Source: a virus
Taxonomy: Duplodnaviria > Caudoviricetes
Virus record (IMG/VR): IMGVR_UViG_3300020045_002401
Location: 17,849-81,848 of that record
Strand: one strand, 5' to 3'
DNA length: 64,000 nucleotides
Shown: piece after piece, positions 8,109-17,778 of the stretch
Numbering within the stretch: position 1 is the first letter of the stretch
Layout of the letters: each line of letters opens with the position of its first letter
The notes under the pieces: generated by a model
The model's database searches: none
Told to the model about the DNA's origin: nothing
The model's input: the letters and a program-made list of their open reading frames with translations, nothing else
Position numbers and translations under genes: made by a program

Positions 8109-10463
8109 ATGCTTTTACCTAATCAACTACTTACAGCTAAAGAAAAAGCTATACGAAATCAAGATACTGGACTTACTAATATAGAAGAAACTATTGTTCA
8201 CTATATAGATAATTCAGGATGGAAAAAAGAATATGATGAAGTTAATAAACTATTTGCCGCAGTAGAAGGTATTATAGACTATAATGAATATAAGGCAATA
8301 TTTGGTTCTACTAACCAAGATAATGGTGCTAATACAGATTTTATGTATAAAGCTAAATTAGCTAATTACAATTGTCTTATGGGTATTGTTAAATTATTAC
8401 TTGGTGAATTTGGTACACGTTCTCATGAATATGAAGTTGTTAATCTAAACCCTAATGATGATATTAGTCGTCAAAAGGGTTTATCTATGTTACTTAAAGA
8501 GTATCATAAAAAGAAAGTTCTTATGGATTTTCAAAAGATAACAGGTTTAGCTCCTACAGAAGAACAACCTTTACCTGAATTACAAACTCTTGTAGATAAC
8601 TTTAATACTACTTTTAATGATGCTACATTAATAAAAGGACAAGAAGCTTTAGATTTTATTAGATTTTATTGTGATATTGACCATAAAATTATTGATGCTT
8701 ATTATGATTGGGTTGTAACAGGTGGTGCTTATACATATAAAGATGTTCTTAATGGGGAAGTTGTATATGAACATGTACCTAGAAATGAACTCTTTGTTAT
8801 TAATATGAAACCAGGGTCTTCTTTAGTAGAAGAAGCGGATGTTCATATTAGACGTAGAATAATGAGTCCTTACCAAGTATTAGAAATGCTTCAAGATGAA
8901 TTAGAAGAAGATCAAATTAAAGCTTTTGAAGCAGAAGTTAATAATGGTTTTAATGAATATAATCAACAATATGTAGTAACTAATAGAAATGGTGTAATAA
9001 ATTCACAATCTAATTATGTGAACTCTACTATACCAATGATATGTTATACTAATGGATTAGAAGTTTTTCATGTTGTTTATACTACTTATAAAGATATATA
9101 TGTTTTATCTTATTTAGATGAATTTGGATTACCACAAGAAAAAGAAGTTACTGCTGAATATGAATTACAACCTGAATTAGGTGATATAGGTATTAGTAAA
9201 GAGTGGTATACTTGTAAATATCAAGGGTATAAAGTATTAGATTATTTCTTTAAATGTGGGGAAGTTCCTTTTGACCGTTCTGATGTAGATTCTAAAGGTA
9301 ATTTAAAATCTTGTTATAATGGTATTATTGCTCGTAGTAGAGTAGGAGAAATTAATTCTATAGTTAAAGAAGGATTAGTATATCAACGTACTATTAATGT
9401 ATTGAAATTTAGTATAGAAAAATTAATTAATAAAAATAAAGATAAAGTTCTTATTATGCCATATGGATTAGTACCTAGAAGTAAAGGTATTAGTACTACT
9501 AAACAAGCTTATCATATGGAAGCTACTTCTTTATTATGGGTTGATGAATCTGCTCCTAATGCGGCTTTTGCTGCTCAAATGATTAAATCTGTTGATATGT
9601 CTTTAAATGGTATTATCAATGAAATTAGTAATTTAGTTGTACAAACTAAAAATGAATATTGGGAAGCTATTGGTATGAATGCCCAAAGATATTCTGATGT
9701 AAGTCAATATGCAGGTAAAGCTACTACAGAACAAGCTATTGTACGTAGTGCTATTATTACTTATGAACTTACTCGTGCTTTTGATAAGATGCTAGAAAAA
9801 GATTACCAAGGTTTATTAGATATATCTAAAATAGCTTGGATTGATGGAATTAAAGAACCTTATATATATAGTGATAGTTCTCGTGGCGTATTTGAAATGA
9901 ATGTTGACGATGCTAACTATCACGCTAGTTCTAATTATAATGTATTTGTAAAGGATGCTACTACTAATACTAGGGGTATTGAAGCTATGAGAAGTTTTGC
10001 AGGTTCTATGATACAAAATGGGGCAAGTGCTTCTGCTGTTAGTAAAATGTATACTACTAATAGTACTTCTAAAGTTAGTGTATTACTTGAAAAAATGGAA
10101 CAAGCACAACAAGCTATAGAAGAACAAAAAGCTCAAGCTGACCATGATAGACAGATGCAATTACAAGAACTACAAAATGAATTACAAGCTGCTCAAACAG
10201 AATTAAAACAATATGAAATTGATAGTAGATTAGAAGGTGTTAAATACACTGCTGATATGCAATATGCAGGAAAAGAGTTGACTACAGGTGATGATAACCA
10301 AGACTTGCCCATAGAAGAGGATAATACGTTTGATGAAAATCTTGCAGTTAGAGAGGCTAATAGAAAAGAAAAGATGGATAACCATACTATTAGAAAAGAT
10401 AATAAAGAACTATTGCTTAAAGAGAAATCTTTAAAGCAAAAGAAAGTAACGAGTAATAACTAA
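8109..10463 (+). CDS. Portal protein
   Basis: 784 aa between terminase and capsid genes; EAIGMNAQRYS...ATTEQAIVRS portal-like segment; C-terminal coiled coil. Confidence 0.85.
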   Translation: MLLPNQLLTAKEKAIRNQDTGLTNIEETIVHYIDNSGWKKEYDEVNKLFAAVEGIIDYNEYKAIFGSTNQDNGANTDFMYKAKLANYNCLMGIVKLLLGEFGTRSHEYEVVNLNPNDDISRQKGLSMLLKEYHKKKVLMDFQKITGLAPTEEQPLPELQTLVDNFNTTFNDATLIKGQEALDFIRFYCDIDHKIIDAYYDWVVTGGAYTYKDVLNGEVVYEHVPRNELFVINMKPGSSLVEEADVHIRRRIMSPYQVLEMLQDELEEDQIKAFEAEVNNGFNEYNQQYVVTNRNGVINSQSNYVNSTIPMICYTNGLEVFHVVYTTYKDIYVLSYLDEFGLPQEKEVTAEYELQPELGDIGISKEWYTCKYQGYKVLDYFFKCGEVPFDRSDVDSKGNLKSCYNGIIARSRVGEINSIVKEGLVYQRTINVLKFSIEKLINKNKDKVLIMPYGLVPRSKGISTTKQAYHMEATSLLWVDESAPNAAFAAQMIKSVDMSLNGIINEISNLVVQTKNEYWEAIGMNAQRYSDVSQYAGKATTEQAIVRSAIITYELTRAFDKMLEKDYQGLLDISKIAWIDGIKEPYIYSDSSRGVFEMNVDDANYHASSNYNVFVKDATTNTRGIEAMRSFAGSMIQNGASASAVSKMYTTNSTSKVSVLLEKMEQAQQAIEEQKAQADHDRQMQLQELQNELQAAQTELKQYEIDSRLEGVKYTADMQYAGKELTTGDDNQDLPIEEDNTFDENLAVREANRKEKMDNHTIRKDNKELLLKEKSLKQKKVTSNN
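10306..10328 (-). repeat. Dispersed motif copy, 1 bp short (CGTATTATCCTCTTCTATGGGCA)
   Basis: Inside the portal 3' end, antisense. Confidence 0.8.
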
Positions 10464-10475
10464 AATTAATATATT

Positions 10476-11831
10476 ATGCCAGACGATGTTATAAACAAAC
10501 CTAATGACCAAATTAGTTCATTAGATGATGTAAGTTTAGAAGGAGTACATAATCCTGTTGAACCTATCCCGAATACTCCTTCTTCTACGGGCAATCCTCA
10601 ACAACAAGCTGTAGATCCACTTGCTACCGTTATTAATAAAGAAGATGTTGTTGTAATTCCTCCTGTTGATAATACAGACGCTATTCCTACATTTAATATT
10701 AAATCTTTTGAAGATTTAACTGCTTTATTAACTACTAAAACTTCTGACCAACTATCAGAAGAAGAAAACAATGAACTTTCTGATATAGTAGATGCTTTTG
10801 GGGGTACTGGATTTAATGATAAAGGAGAAATTGTTGATGCTAATAATGCTGTGTTATTTAATGCTGACCAACTTAAACATTATTTAGAAACTAGTGAATT
10901 ACCTGTTGATGAACAAGGGGATTTTGTAGATGCTAATGGTAATGTAATAAAAACTAAAACAGAATTATATAGAGAAAGTACTACTGTAGGAACAGTAATA
11001 AATGCTTTAGCTAAAAATTTTGAAGTATCTTTTGCTGATACTTTTATGCCTGATGATACTGAAGATTCTTTAGTTGATGTAGTTAATAAAGTAGTAGGAG
11101 TTGTAGAAAAAGGAAGTGTAGAACGTTATATGCAAGCTAATCCTGAATTAGAAGCTTTCCGTAAACATTTACTTTTACACGGTTCTCCTAAAGGATATAA
11201 TTCTAGTGTAGTAGATTATGATAAGATTGATGTAAAGACTCTTTCTAAGGAAGCTAAAGCTTTATATGTATCTGATGCTTATAAAGCTAGTGGTAGAAAT
11301 TTAACACCTGCTTATGCTAAATATTTAGAAGGTCTTGATGATGAAACTTATAATACTGAAGTACTCGATAATATAAAAGTATTAAAAGATATTCAAACAA
11401 ATAAACAAAAAGAAATTGATACCCAACTTAAACTTAAAGAAGAACAAAGAAAACAAGATGCTCAAAAGTATTGGAGTACAGTAGAAACAACCATCAAAAG
11501 TGGTAAATTATCTAATCTTACTATTCCAATCCCTGAAAGAGATGCATTTTTAGCTTATGTTACAACACCGGTAAAAGACGGTATAACAAAAGATATGCTA
11601 GATGCGGAAAAAGAAGATGTATCTGCTGATTTACTTATGTCTTATTTGAGATACAAAGGGTATGATTTATCCGTTCTTGCTAAAAATATTGCTACTACTC
11701 AACAAGTACAGAGTCTTAGAGATAAAATAGGTAAGAACAAAGCACGTAATATTAGTAATAGTGATAAAGGACGATTACCTAAAACACAGAATGATAATTA
11801 CATACCAAATCTAAGTGAGGTAAATTTATAA
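10476..11831 (+). CDS. Acidic head protein between portal and capsid (scaffold/cargo-like)
   Basis: 451 aa, D/E-rich; crAss-like synteny. Confidence 0.7.
   Translation: MPDDVINKPNDQISSLDDVSLEGVHNPVEPIPNTPSSTGNPQQQAVDPLATVINKEDVVVIPPVDNTDAIPTFNIKSFEDLTALLTTKTSDQLSEEENNELSDIVDAFGGTGFNDKGEIVDANNAVLFNADQLKHYLETSELPVDEQGDFVDANGNVIKTKTELYRESTTVGTVINALAKNFEVSFADTFMPDDTEDSLVDVVNKVVGVVEKGSVERYMQANPELEAFRKHLLLHGSPKGYNSSVVDYDKIDVKTLSKEAKALYVSDAYKASGRNLTPAYAKYLEGLDDETYNTEVLDNIKVLKDIQTNKQKEIDTQLKLKEEQRKQDAQKYWSTVETTIKSGKLSNLTIPIPERDAFLAYVTTPVKDGITKDMLDAEKEDVSADLLMSYLRYKGYDLSVLAKNIATTQQVQSLRDKIGKNKARNISNSDKGRLPKTQNDNYIPNLSEVNL
10570..10593 (+). repeat. Dispersed motif copy (CGAATACTCCTTCTTCTACGGGCA)
   Basis: Exact spacing; inside ORF 10476. 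Confidence 0.9.
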
Positions 11832-11878
11832 TCTTAGAAACCTTTATTTAACATTATTAATTATTAAACAAATCAAAC

Positions 11879-13357
11879 GTGGAAAAAGCAAGAATTATGA
11901 TTCATCCTTCATATAATGAAGATGGATACACATCTAACCTTAGTTTAGCTAAAGCTAGAATGTCAAAAAGTGATACAATTAATCCTGTAGTTACCTTTCT
12001 TCAAGGTAATGACCAAAAACTCTTTCCTTTATTGTTTCTTACTGAGGGACAATTGAAAGGTGTTCAATGGAAAGGTATAGAAGATGTTGAATATGATTGG
12101 CCTATCTTTGGTAAACTTAAACATACATCTGAAGTCGTATCTCATTCTTATACTGGTGTTACTTCTGTTGGTAATGTTCCCGGTGAAGAGATTATGGTAG
12201 TGTTTAAAGATGCTTTCCTGAAGTTTCAACATAACGTCTTGTCACCTAACAATGTTTGGTGTCGTGTTATACGTAGACCTGTTAAGGTTGCTAATGGTTA
12301 TCTTTATGCTTTACAACTAGTTAAATCTGCTAACTCTACTAATCTTCCGATTGATGAAATTAAAGCAGGTTCATTGTGGGGTATGATTGGTGCTGCCAAC
12401 GTTAGTGAAGCTTACTCTGTTGGTAATGAGTCTAATAGACGTATGCCAGGTAAAGCTAAAAACCAAATTGGTATTATTAGAAAATCTTATGAATTTGCTG
12501 GTAATATTGGTAATAGAACTGTAGAGTATTTATTGCCTACTAAAAATGGTGTTACCAAGCTTTGGCAACCTTTTGAAGAGTACGAACATGAAATGGAATT
12601 TAAACGTTCATGTGAAGAATCTCTTTGGGAGTCTAATTACAATAGAGATGCTAATGGAGTAATTCAGACTATTGACCCTGATACAGGATTACCAATTCCA
12701 TACGGTGCTGGACTTAAAGCTCAGATTCCAAATAGAGGTACTTATAGTATCTTGACTTTCAAGAAAATTACTAAGATTGTTTCTGATATTTTCTATGGTG
12801 CTTCTGATAAACAAAATGTAAATGTAGTTTTATTTACAGGTACTAGTGGAAAAGAGGAATTTTCTAATGCTATTATGACTGAAGCTAAATCTTGGACTCT
12901 ATTAGAAGGTTCTTTGAACAGTACTATTACTGGTTCTCCTATGAATCTTACTTTTGGTGCTGCATTTACTCACTTCCGTCATATTGATGGTCATATTGTA
13001 TCTGTTGTTACAGTACCTTATTTTGATCATTCAGGATATGCTGATAAATCTCCTCGTCATGCTGTATCTGGACGTCCACTTTCATCTTATGAAATGCATT
13101 TCGTAGATATGTCAGTTTATGATGGAGAAAATAACGTTCAATTGGTTAACCAAAAAGGACGTTCTATGATTAGAGGTGTTGAACAAGGTATGACCTTATT
13201 GAAAGGTAATAGTTTTGCAGATTACTCTGGTAATGGTAAAGATTTAGTAGTATCAACTTCACAAGATAAATCAGCTGTTCACTTCCTTAAAACCTTAGGA
13301 GTAGCTGTACGTAGAAACACTCACTGTTTCTCTTTGTATTGTGATGCTGCTGCTTAA
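11879..13357 (+). CDS. Major capsid protein (GTG start)
   Basis: 492 aa; position after portal and scaffold; PYGAGLKAQI and VLFTGTSGKEEF segments typical of crAss-like capsid proteins; followed by a strong terminator. Confidence 0.88.
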   Translation: MEKARIMIHPSYNEDGYTSNLSLAKARMSKSDTINPVVTFLQGNDQKLFPLLFLTEGQLKGVQWKGIEDVEYDWPIFGKLKHTSEVVSHSYTGVTSVGNVPGEEIMVVFKDAFLKFQHNVLSPNNVWCRVIRRPVKVANGYLYALQLVKSANSTNLPIDEIKAGSLWGMIGAANVSEAYSVGNESNRRMPGKAKNQIGIIRKSYEFAGNIGNRTVEYLLPTKNGVTKLWQPFEEYEHEMEFKRSCEESLWESNYNRDANGVIQTIDPDTGLPIPYGAGLKAQIPNRGTYSILTFKKITKIVSDIFYGASDKQNVNVVLFTGTSGKEEFSNAIMTEAKSWTLLEGSLNSTITGSPMNLTFGAAFTHFRHIDGHIVSVVTVPYFDHSGYADKSPRHAVSGRPLSSYEMHFVDMSVYDGENNVQLVNQKGRSMIRGVEQGMTLLKGNSFADYSGNGKDLVVSTSQDKSAVHFLKTLGVAVRRNTHCFSLYCDAAA

Positions 13358-13375
13358 TATATAAGTAAGTATTTA

Positions 13376-13403
13376 AAACCCCTCTAACTTGAGGGGTTTA
13401 TTT
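13376..13403 (+). terminator. Rho-independent terminator after the capsid gene
   Basis: AAACCCCTC-TAACTT-GAGGGGTTT then ATTT. Confidence 0.75.
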
Positions 13404-13447
13404 CGTAAATTAAAAAAGTAATATAAACTATAATAATAATAAATACA

Positions 13448-14506
13448 ATGGACACTAATCAAAATCCCGGAACTACTGGTACTACTGCAACTCTAACTTC
13501 TCAAATTGCTAATAGTGCAAATAAACAAGTAACTAAAAAATTAACTTTAGCTTGTAATATTAGACTTAAAAAAGGTTTAGTTGCTTTACCTAATCAATCC
13601 TCAGAAGAATTTAATTATTATGTTGAATCTATATTAGCTCCTAGTGGTGGACCTTTAAAAGGTGTTACAGGTACATTAGAAAGGCTTATAATGCCGTCTA
13701 TTATAGATGTATCGACTAATGATAATACTTTTAATAGTCATATTAAAGAATATTGGGCAAATTTTAGTAATATTTTAGACCCTGATTCTGAAAATAAAAG
13801 AGATACTGAGCAAGGTATTAAAATGGAGATTAAATTTACTTTACATACTGCTAGTCATATTGCTAAATATGAAAAGTTAACTAGAGTAGATGAACAATTC
13901 AGATTTATACATGATTTATTAGAAGAACAAGAAGCCGGAAATAATACTAACCGTTTTATTACACTTAATTCTGAATATTATTCTGATTTTGTAAAACTAG
14001 CTTTTATATTAAAACATTCTCGTATTGCTAACCGAGCAGAAGATAAAGATAAATCTCCTAAAATTTTTGGTTATATATATGAAAAAGCTATTGACTTTAA
14101 AGCTCAAGAATCTGAAATGGATGTATTCAATAAATTCTCTGATAATCTTAGAGGACTTGATGATGAGAAAAAAGCTAATGCTATTTTACTTGCTATAGGT
14201 GAACAAGTTGTTGATGTTGATTCACTATCTGATAAAAAGATTCTTATCTATAATTTAGGTAAAAATTCTAATCCTGTTAGAGTTAAAGTTAATGCTTTAT
14301 TTGCTGATGAAAATTGGGTAGAAAAATACTATATTCAACAAGGTATATTTTTACAAATACTTAAACAACCTGTTAATAGTAAACTAGTACAATACGGTGA
14401 TAGTATCATTGGTAATGATATAGAATCTGCTGCTTCTTATTTAAAAACTAATAGTGATGGTGCTACATTATTACACATTATAAAATCTAAACTTGATATT
14501 AATTAA
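13448..14506 (+). CDS. Hypothetical protein following the capsid gene
   Basis: 352-aa ORF; position typical of crAss-like head modules. Confidence 0.7.
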   Translation: MDTNQNPGTTGTTATLTSQIANSANKQVTKKLTLACNIRLKKGLVALPNQSSEEFNYYVESILAPSGGPLKGVTGTLERLIMPSIIDVSTNDNTFNSHIKEYWANFSNILDPDSENKRDTEQGIKMEIKFTLHTASHIAKYEKLTRVDEQFRFIHDLLEEQEAGNNTNRFITLNSEYYSDFVKLAFILKHSRIANRAEDKDKSPKIFGYIYEKAIDFKAQESEMDVFNKFSDNLRGLDDEKKANAILLAIGEQVVDVDSLSDKKILIYNLGKNSNPVRVKVNALFADENWVEKYYIQQGIFLQILKQPVNSKLVQYGDSIIGNDIESAASYLKTNSDGATLLHIIKSKLDIN

Positions 14507-14523
14507 TATTAATTCCTAATAAT

Positions 14524-15609
14524 ATGACTGTTTCCGAAATCCATATAGGTTTAGGAGTACTGTTACAGAAGATAAATACACATAAATCAAAAAACTTCCT
14601 ACCACAGGAATTGGATATGTTATTTAACTTTACATCTTTAAACTATAAAGATAAACGAGCAGATTCTATTTCTAATCCAAAACAAGTATCTCTTTTTGAT
14701 ACTCATACTACTTTAGATAGTCTTAGTAGTTTATTTGAAACAGAAACATTATATCCAATAAGTAATACTAAAGAGGAAGCAGTTATATTGCTTCCTCTTG
14801 ATTTTTATGGTTGGATTAGTGCTTCTGCTAACATAGCTTATAACTGTACGGGTACTTATACTACACAAGTTGGTGGTGTTATAACTAAAGAGTATTCTAT
14901 AGCTAATTTAAAAAATATAAATTTAACTACTATAACTAGTTTTAAAATAGACCTTTCTTATATAGATAAGTCTAATGCTTTACAAGTAGTTACTATTTTT
15001 GATTATACTACTTTACCTCTTGATTATTTACCTCAAGATGGTATTAAAGATTATAAACGTTCTTTTATTTTTATTAATGGTATAGTTAATACTATTAACT
15101 TAGCCCTTGTTGATATAAATACAAAGAGTAAAGATAAGATATATTGTGAATATGATAATAAAACTGAAAAATTAGTTATTAGTTCTATTAATAATATAAC
15201 TTTATCTTTGGATACAGATATAGTTGGTTATACTTTTATGCTTAAAAATACTGTTAGTGATAAAGTTAATCTTATTACTAAACTTACTTCTCCTGTAGTA
15301 ATTAATGATTTAGAATATAATGGGCATATAAACAATTCCCACCTTTCACACAGTCGAGAAAGTGAATTTCGTGCTATCAGGACAAGTGAAAACATAAAAG
15401 TGTATATTCCAAAAGGGCTAACATTTTCAAGCCTTACGCTTCATTATATCCGCAAACCTCGACAAATTGATTACCTTTTGGGTATAGGTTCAGATTTACC
15501 TAATGATATAGTTAATAAAATAATGGCTGATACAGCTCAATTTATTAAGGGTATTATAGCTTCTGATTCTTATGATAAATTTGTTAGAGAAAATATATTA
15601 ATTGAATAA
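14524..15609 (+). CDS. Tail ring/adaptor-like protein
   Basis: N-terminal MTVSEIHIGL...FLPQELDMLFN and C-terminal LHYIRKP resemble crAss-like ring proteins. Confidence 0.6.
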   Translation: MTVSEIHIGLGVLLQKINTHKSKNFLPQELDMLFNFTSLNYKDKRADSISNPKQVSLFDTHTTLDSLSSLFETETLYPISNTKEEAVILLPLDFYGWISASANIAYNCTGTYTTQVGGVITKEYSIANLKNINLTTITSFKIDLSYIDKSNALQVVTIFDYTTLPLDYLPQDGIKDYKRSFIFINGIVNTINLALVDINTKSKDKIYCEYDNKTEKLVISSINNITLSLDTDIVGYTFMLKNTVSDKVNLITKLTSPVVINDLEYNGHINNSHLSHSRESEFRAIRTSENIKVYIPKGLTFSSLTLHYIRKPRQIDYLLGIGSDLPNDIVNKIMADTAQFIKGIIASDSYDKFVRENILIE

Positions 15610-15621
15610 ACAAAAAAGAAG

Positions 15622-16542
15622 ATGGAAAACATTTTATTTGGGACAACTATCCCTGACCTTACTGGTAAAGATTTAGATGATTTAACTGATGGACAGATTG
15701 GCTTGTTATTACACAATGCTGATGGACAAACTCCACCAATTGTTAGAGGTAGTGAAGTTACAAATACAGAACTATTGACAGCTAGAGGTGTTCAATTTAT
15801 TAAGAGAATTGATGCTACAACTTTAGAAGGTTCTCTTATTATTCCTAATAAGACTACTACTAATAGAAATTATCAAGTTTATGTAGCTGGTATAGCTGGT
15901 ATTCATAAATTAGGAGATAATGCTGCTGCTGCTACTGCTATTGTCACTCTTGACCCAGGAGAAGGTAATATTAGAATTACTGATTTAACTAATACTTATA
16001 AAGTAGATAATTTCCCTGCTAATATTAGTGCTACTAAATCAGCTTCTGAAACTGTTAGTCAGTATTTAACTAGAGTTAGAGACCTTATTAACGCTGATCC
16101 TGTTGCTAAACTCCTAGTTACTGCTTCAGTTCAAGTTTCTGGTAGTAATTATCAACTTAGATTAACTACTACTAGCTATAAAATTAAATTAGGAGTTGCT
16201 ACTGATGGTATTTTTGCTCCTTACCATTTACTTACTGAAACTGCTAGAGTATTAGCTGTTGGTTCAGGTGAACAAATGCAAGAAATTGAAAAACAACTTA
16301 CTGTATTTAAAGGTAATGGTAATTATACAGAATGGTCTCAAGAGTATTACAGTGACCCATTGAAATCTAGTGTAACTACTAATTATAATACATTATCTAT
16401 TACTTGGACAGGTATTGCTCAACCTACTGTATCAACTACAATGGCTGTAGCCTCTGTAAACTTACTAGTATGTGTACCGGCTGCTGATACTACATTAGAA
16501 GCTTTATATGATACTTTTATAACCCCTGATGTTGTAGTATAG
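15622..16542 (+). CDS. Putative virion structural protein (auxiliary capsid or tail hub-like)
   Basis: 306 aa, T/A/V-rich, in the structural module, followed by a perfect hairpin. Confidence 0.55.
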   Translation: MENILFGTTIPDLTGKDLDDLTDGQIGLLLHNADGQTPPIVRGSEVTNTELLTARGVQFIKRIDATTLEGSLIIPNKTTTNRNYQVYVAGIAGIHKLGDNAAAATAIVTLDPGEGNIRITDLTNTYKVDNFPANISATKSASETVSQYLTRVRDLINADPVAKLLVTASVQVSGSNYQLRLTTTSYKIKLGVATDGIFAPYHLLTETARVLAVGSGEQMQEIEKQLTVFKGNGNYTEWSQEYYSDPLKSSVTTNYNTLSITWTGIAQPTVSTTMAVASVNLLVCVPAADTTLEALYDTFITPDVVV

Positions 16543-16615
16543 TAGGTATATATACAATAATAAATAGTAATTACGGTAACTATTTTAATTAAGATTTTTT
16601 GAATTGATTGTTAGA

Positions 16616-16650
16616 AACCTACTGTTACTTGTTAACAGTAGGTTTATTAA
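16616..16650 (+). terminator. Hairpin/terminator after ORF 15622
   Basis: AACCTACTGTTA-CTTGT-TAACAGTAGGTT, 12-bp perfect stem. Confidence 0.6.
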
Positions 16651-16669
16651 TTTTAACCCTATTGATATT

Positions 16670-17776
16670 ATGTATTATAAAGATAATTATACTGAAATAA
16701 GATTAGGTGCTGGAATTATGGATTTTATTAGTGTTCTAGGTATAACTCTAGATTATAAATTAATAAGACTTATTCCTAATGAACCTGATGTACTTATTGC
16801 TGAATTTACGTCTGATGAACCTTTAACAGTATATCCTACTGATGACGGTAACTATAAATTAGAAGTAGCAAACGAAACTTTTACTACTTATTTTATTTAT
16901 CTTACTATTAGAGATAAATTTATTACTGAATATATTACACAAATTATAGAAACTATTTGTAATTGTGGATGTGATGATATTATTAATCCTTGTACTGAAA
17001 CCCAACTTGGTAATATAGCATTAAAACGTCAAAAGCTTTTTAACATAACAAGTATATTACCTTACACGATTAAACCCTTCTCTAAGGGCGAAGCTTTGAC
17101 GACAAATGATAAACTTATATTAATTTATCAATTATATTATAATGCATCTATAGATAATAAAATGAATGCATTAGGTAAAGAGTATTTTGATTATTACATT
17201 AAAGGTACTAATACTATTAATACTGCTTTGTTTAAAAATATTATAGCTTTAAACTATTATGCTTTATATTATTATACAAGAACTGAAATATTACCTACTG
17301 CATTAGGAAAAAGAGAAGAATATATTAAACAAATTGATTCTTTTTTTAATTATAAAGTAATTAATACTTGTTTAGGTTGTACTGACCTTGTTTCTAATAT
17401 TGAAGATATAATTAATAACCCCCCTCCTTTTACTTCTCCTATTATGATATATTACTGGCAACTTCCTTTATCTAATACTTTAGAAGATATTATACCTATT
17501 TTTGAACAAGCTACTTATATAAATAAACCAAATGAATCTTTAGTTGTATTTAATATTGGAGTTGAAATTGTAAATACTTCTGTAGGTCGTTTAGCTTTAG
17601 CTGTTGCTCCTACTGAAAATATTGCATATGAAATTATTGATAATATAACAAATAATGATGTAACTGCTTTATTTGATTCTCATTATTTTGCTGATTTAGA
17701 TGTATTATTATATGTATCTAAAGTTCCTTATACCCTTTCTACTTTTGAATTTAAAATTAAAAAATTAACATTATAA
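16670..17776 (+). CDS. Putative structural protein (likely start ATG at 16670 rather than TTG at 16604)
   Basis: The track start lies upstream of the hairpin; first ATG after the hairpin gives MYYKDNYTEI; Cys cluster CNCGC. Confidence 0.65.
   Translation: MYYKDNYTEIRLGAGIMDFISVLGITLDYKLIRLIPNEPDVLIAEFTSDEPLTVYPTDDGNYKLEVANETFTTYFIYLTIRDKFITEYITQIIETICNCGCDDIINPCTETQLGNIALKRQKLFNITSILPYTIKPFSKGEALTTNDKLILIYQLYYNASIDNKMNALGKEYFDYYIKGTNTINTALFKNIIALNYYALYYYTRTEILPTALGKREEYIKQIDSFFNYKVINTCLGCTDLVSNIEDIINNPPPFTSPIMIYYWQLPLSNTLEDIIPIFEQATYINKPNESLVVFNIGVEIVNTSVGRLALAVAPTENIAYEIIDNITNNDVTALFDSHYFADLDVLLYVSKVPYTLSTFEFKIKKLTL
17067..17090 (+). repeat. Dispersed motif copy (CGATTAAACCCTTCTCTAAGGGCG)
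   Basis: Exact spacing; inside a CDS. Confidence 0.8.
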
Positions 17777-17778
17777 TT

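Noticed and set aside
5728-13357. Introns or inteins in terminase, portal or capsid genes
   Set aside because: ORFs are continuous, of ordinary length, with no intein or homing-endonuclease motifs seen.
16604-16669. TTG-initiated N-terminal extension of ORF 16604
   Set aside because: It spans a perfect terminator-like hairpin; ATG at 16670 is more plausible.
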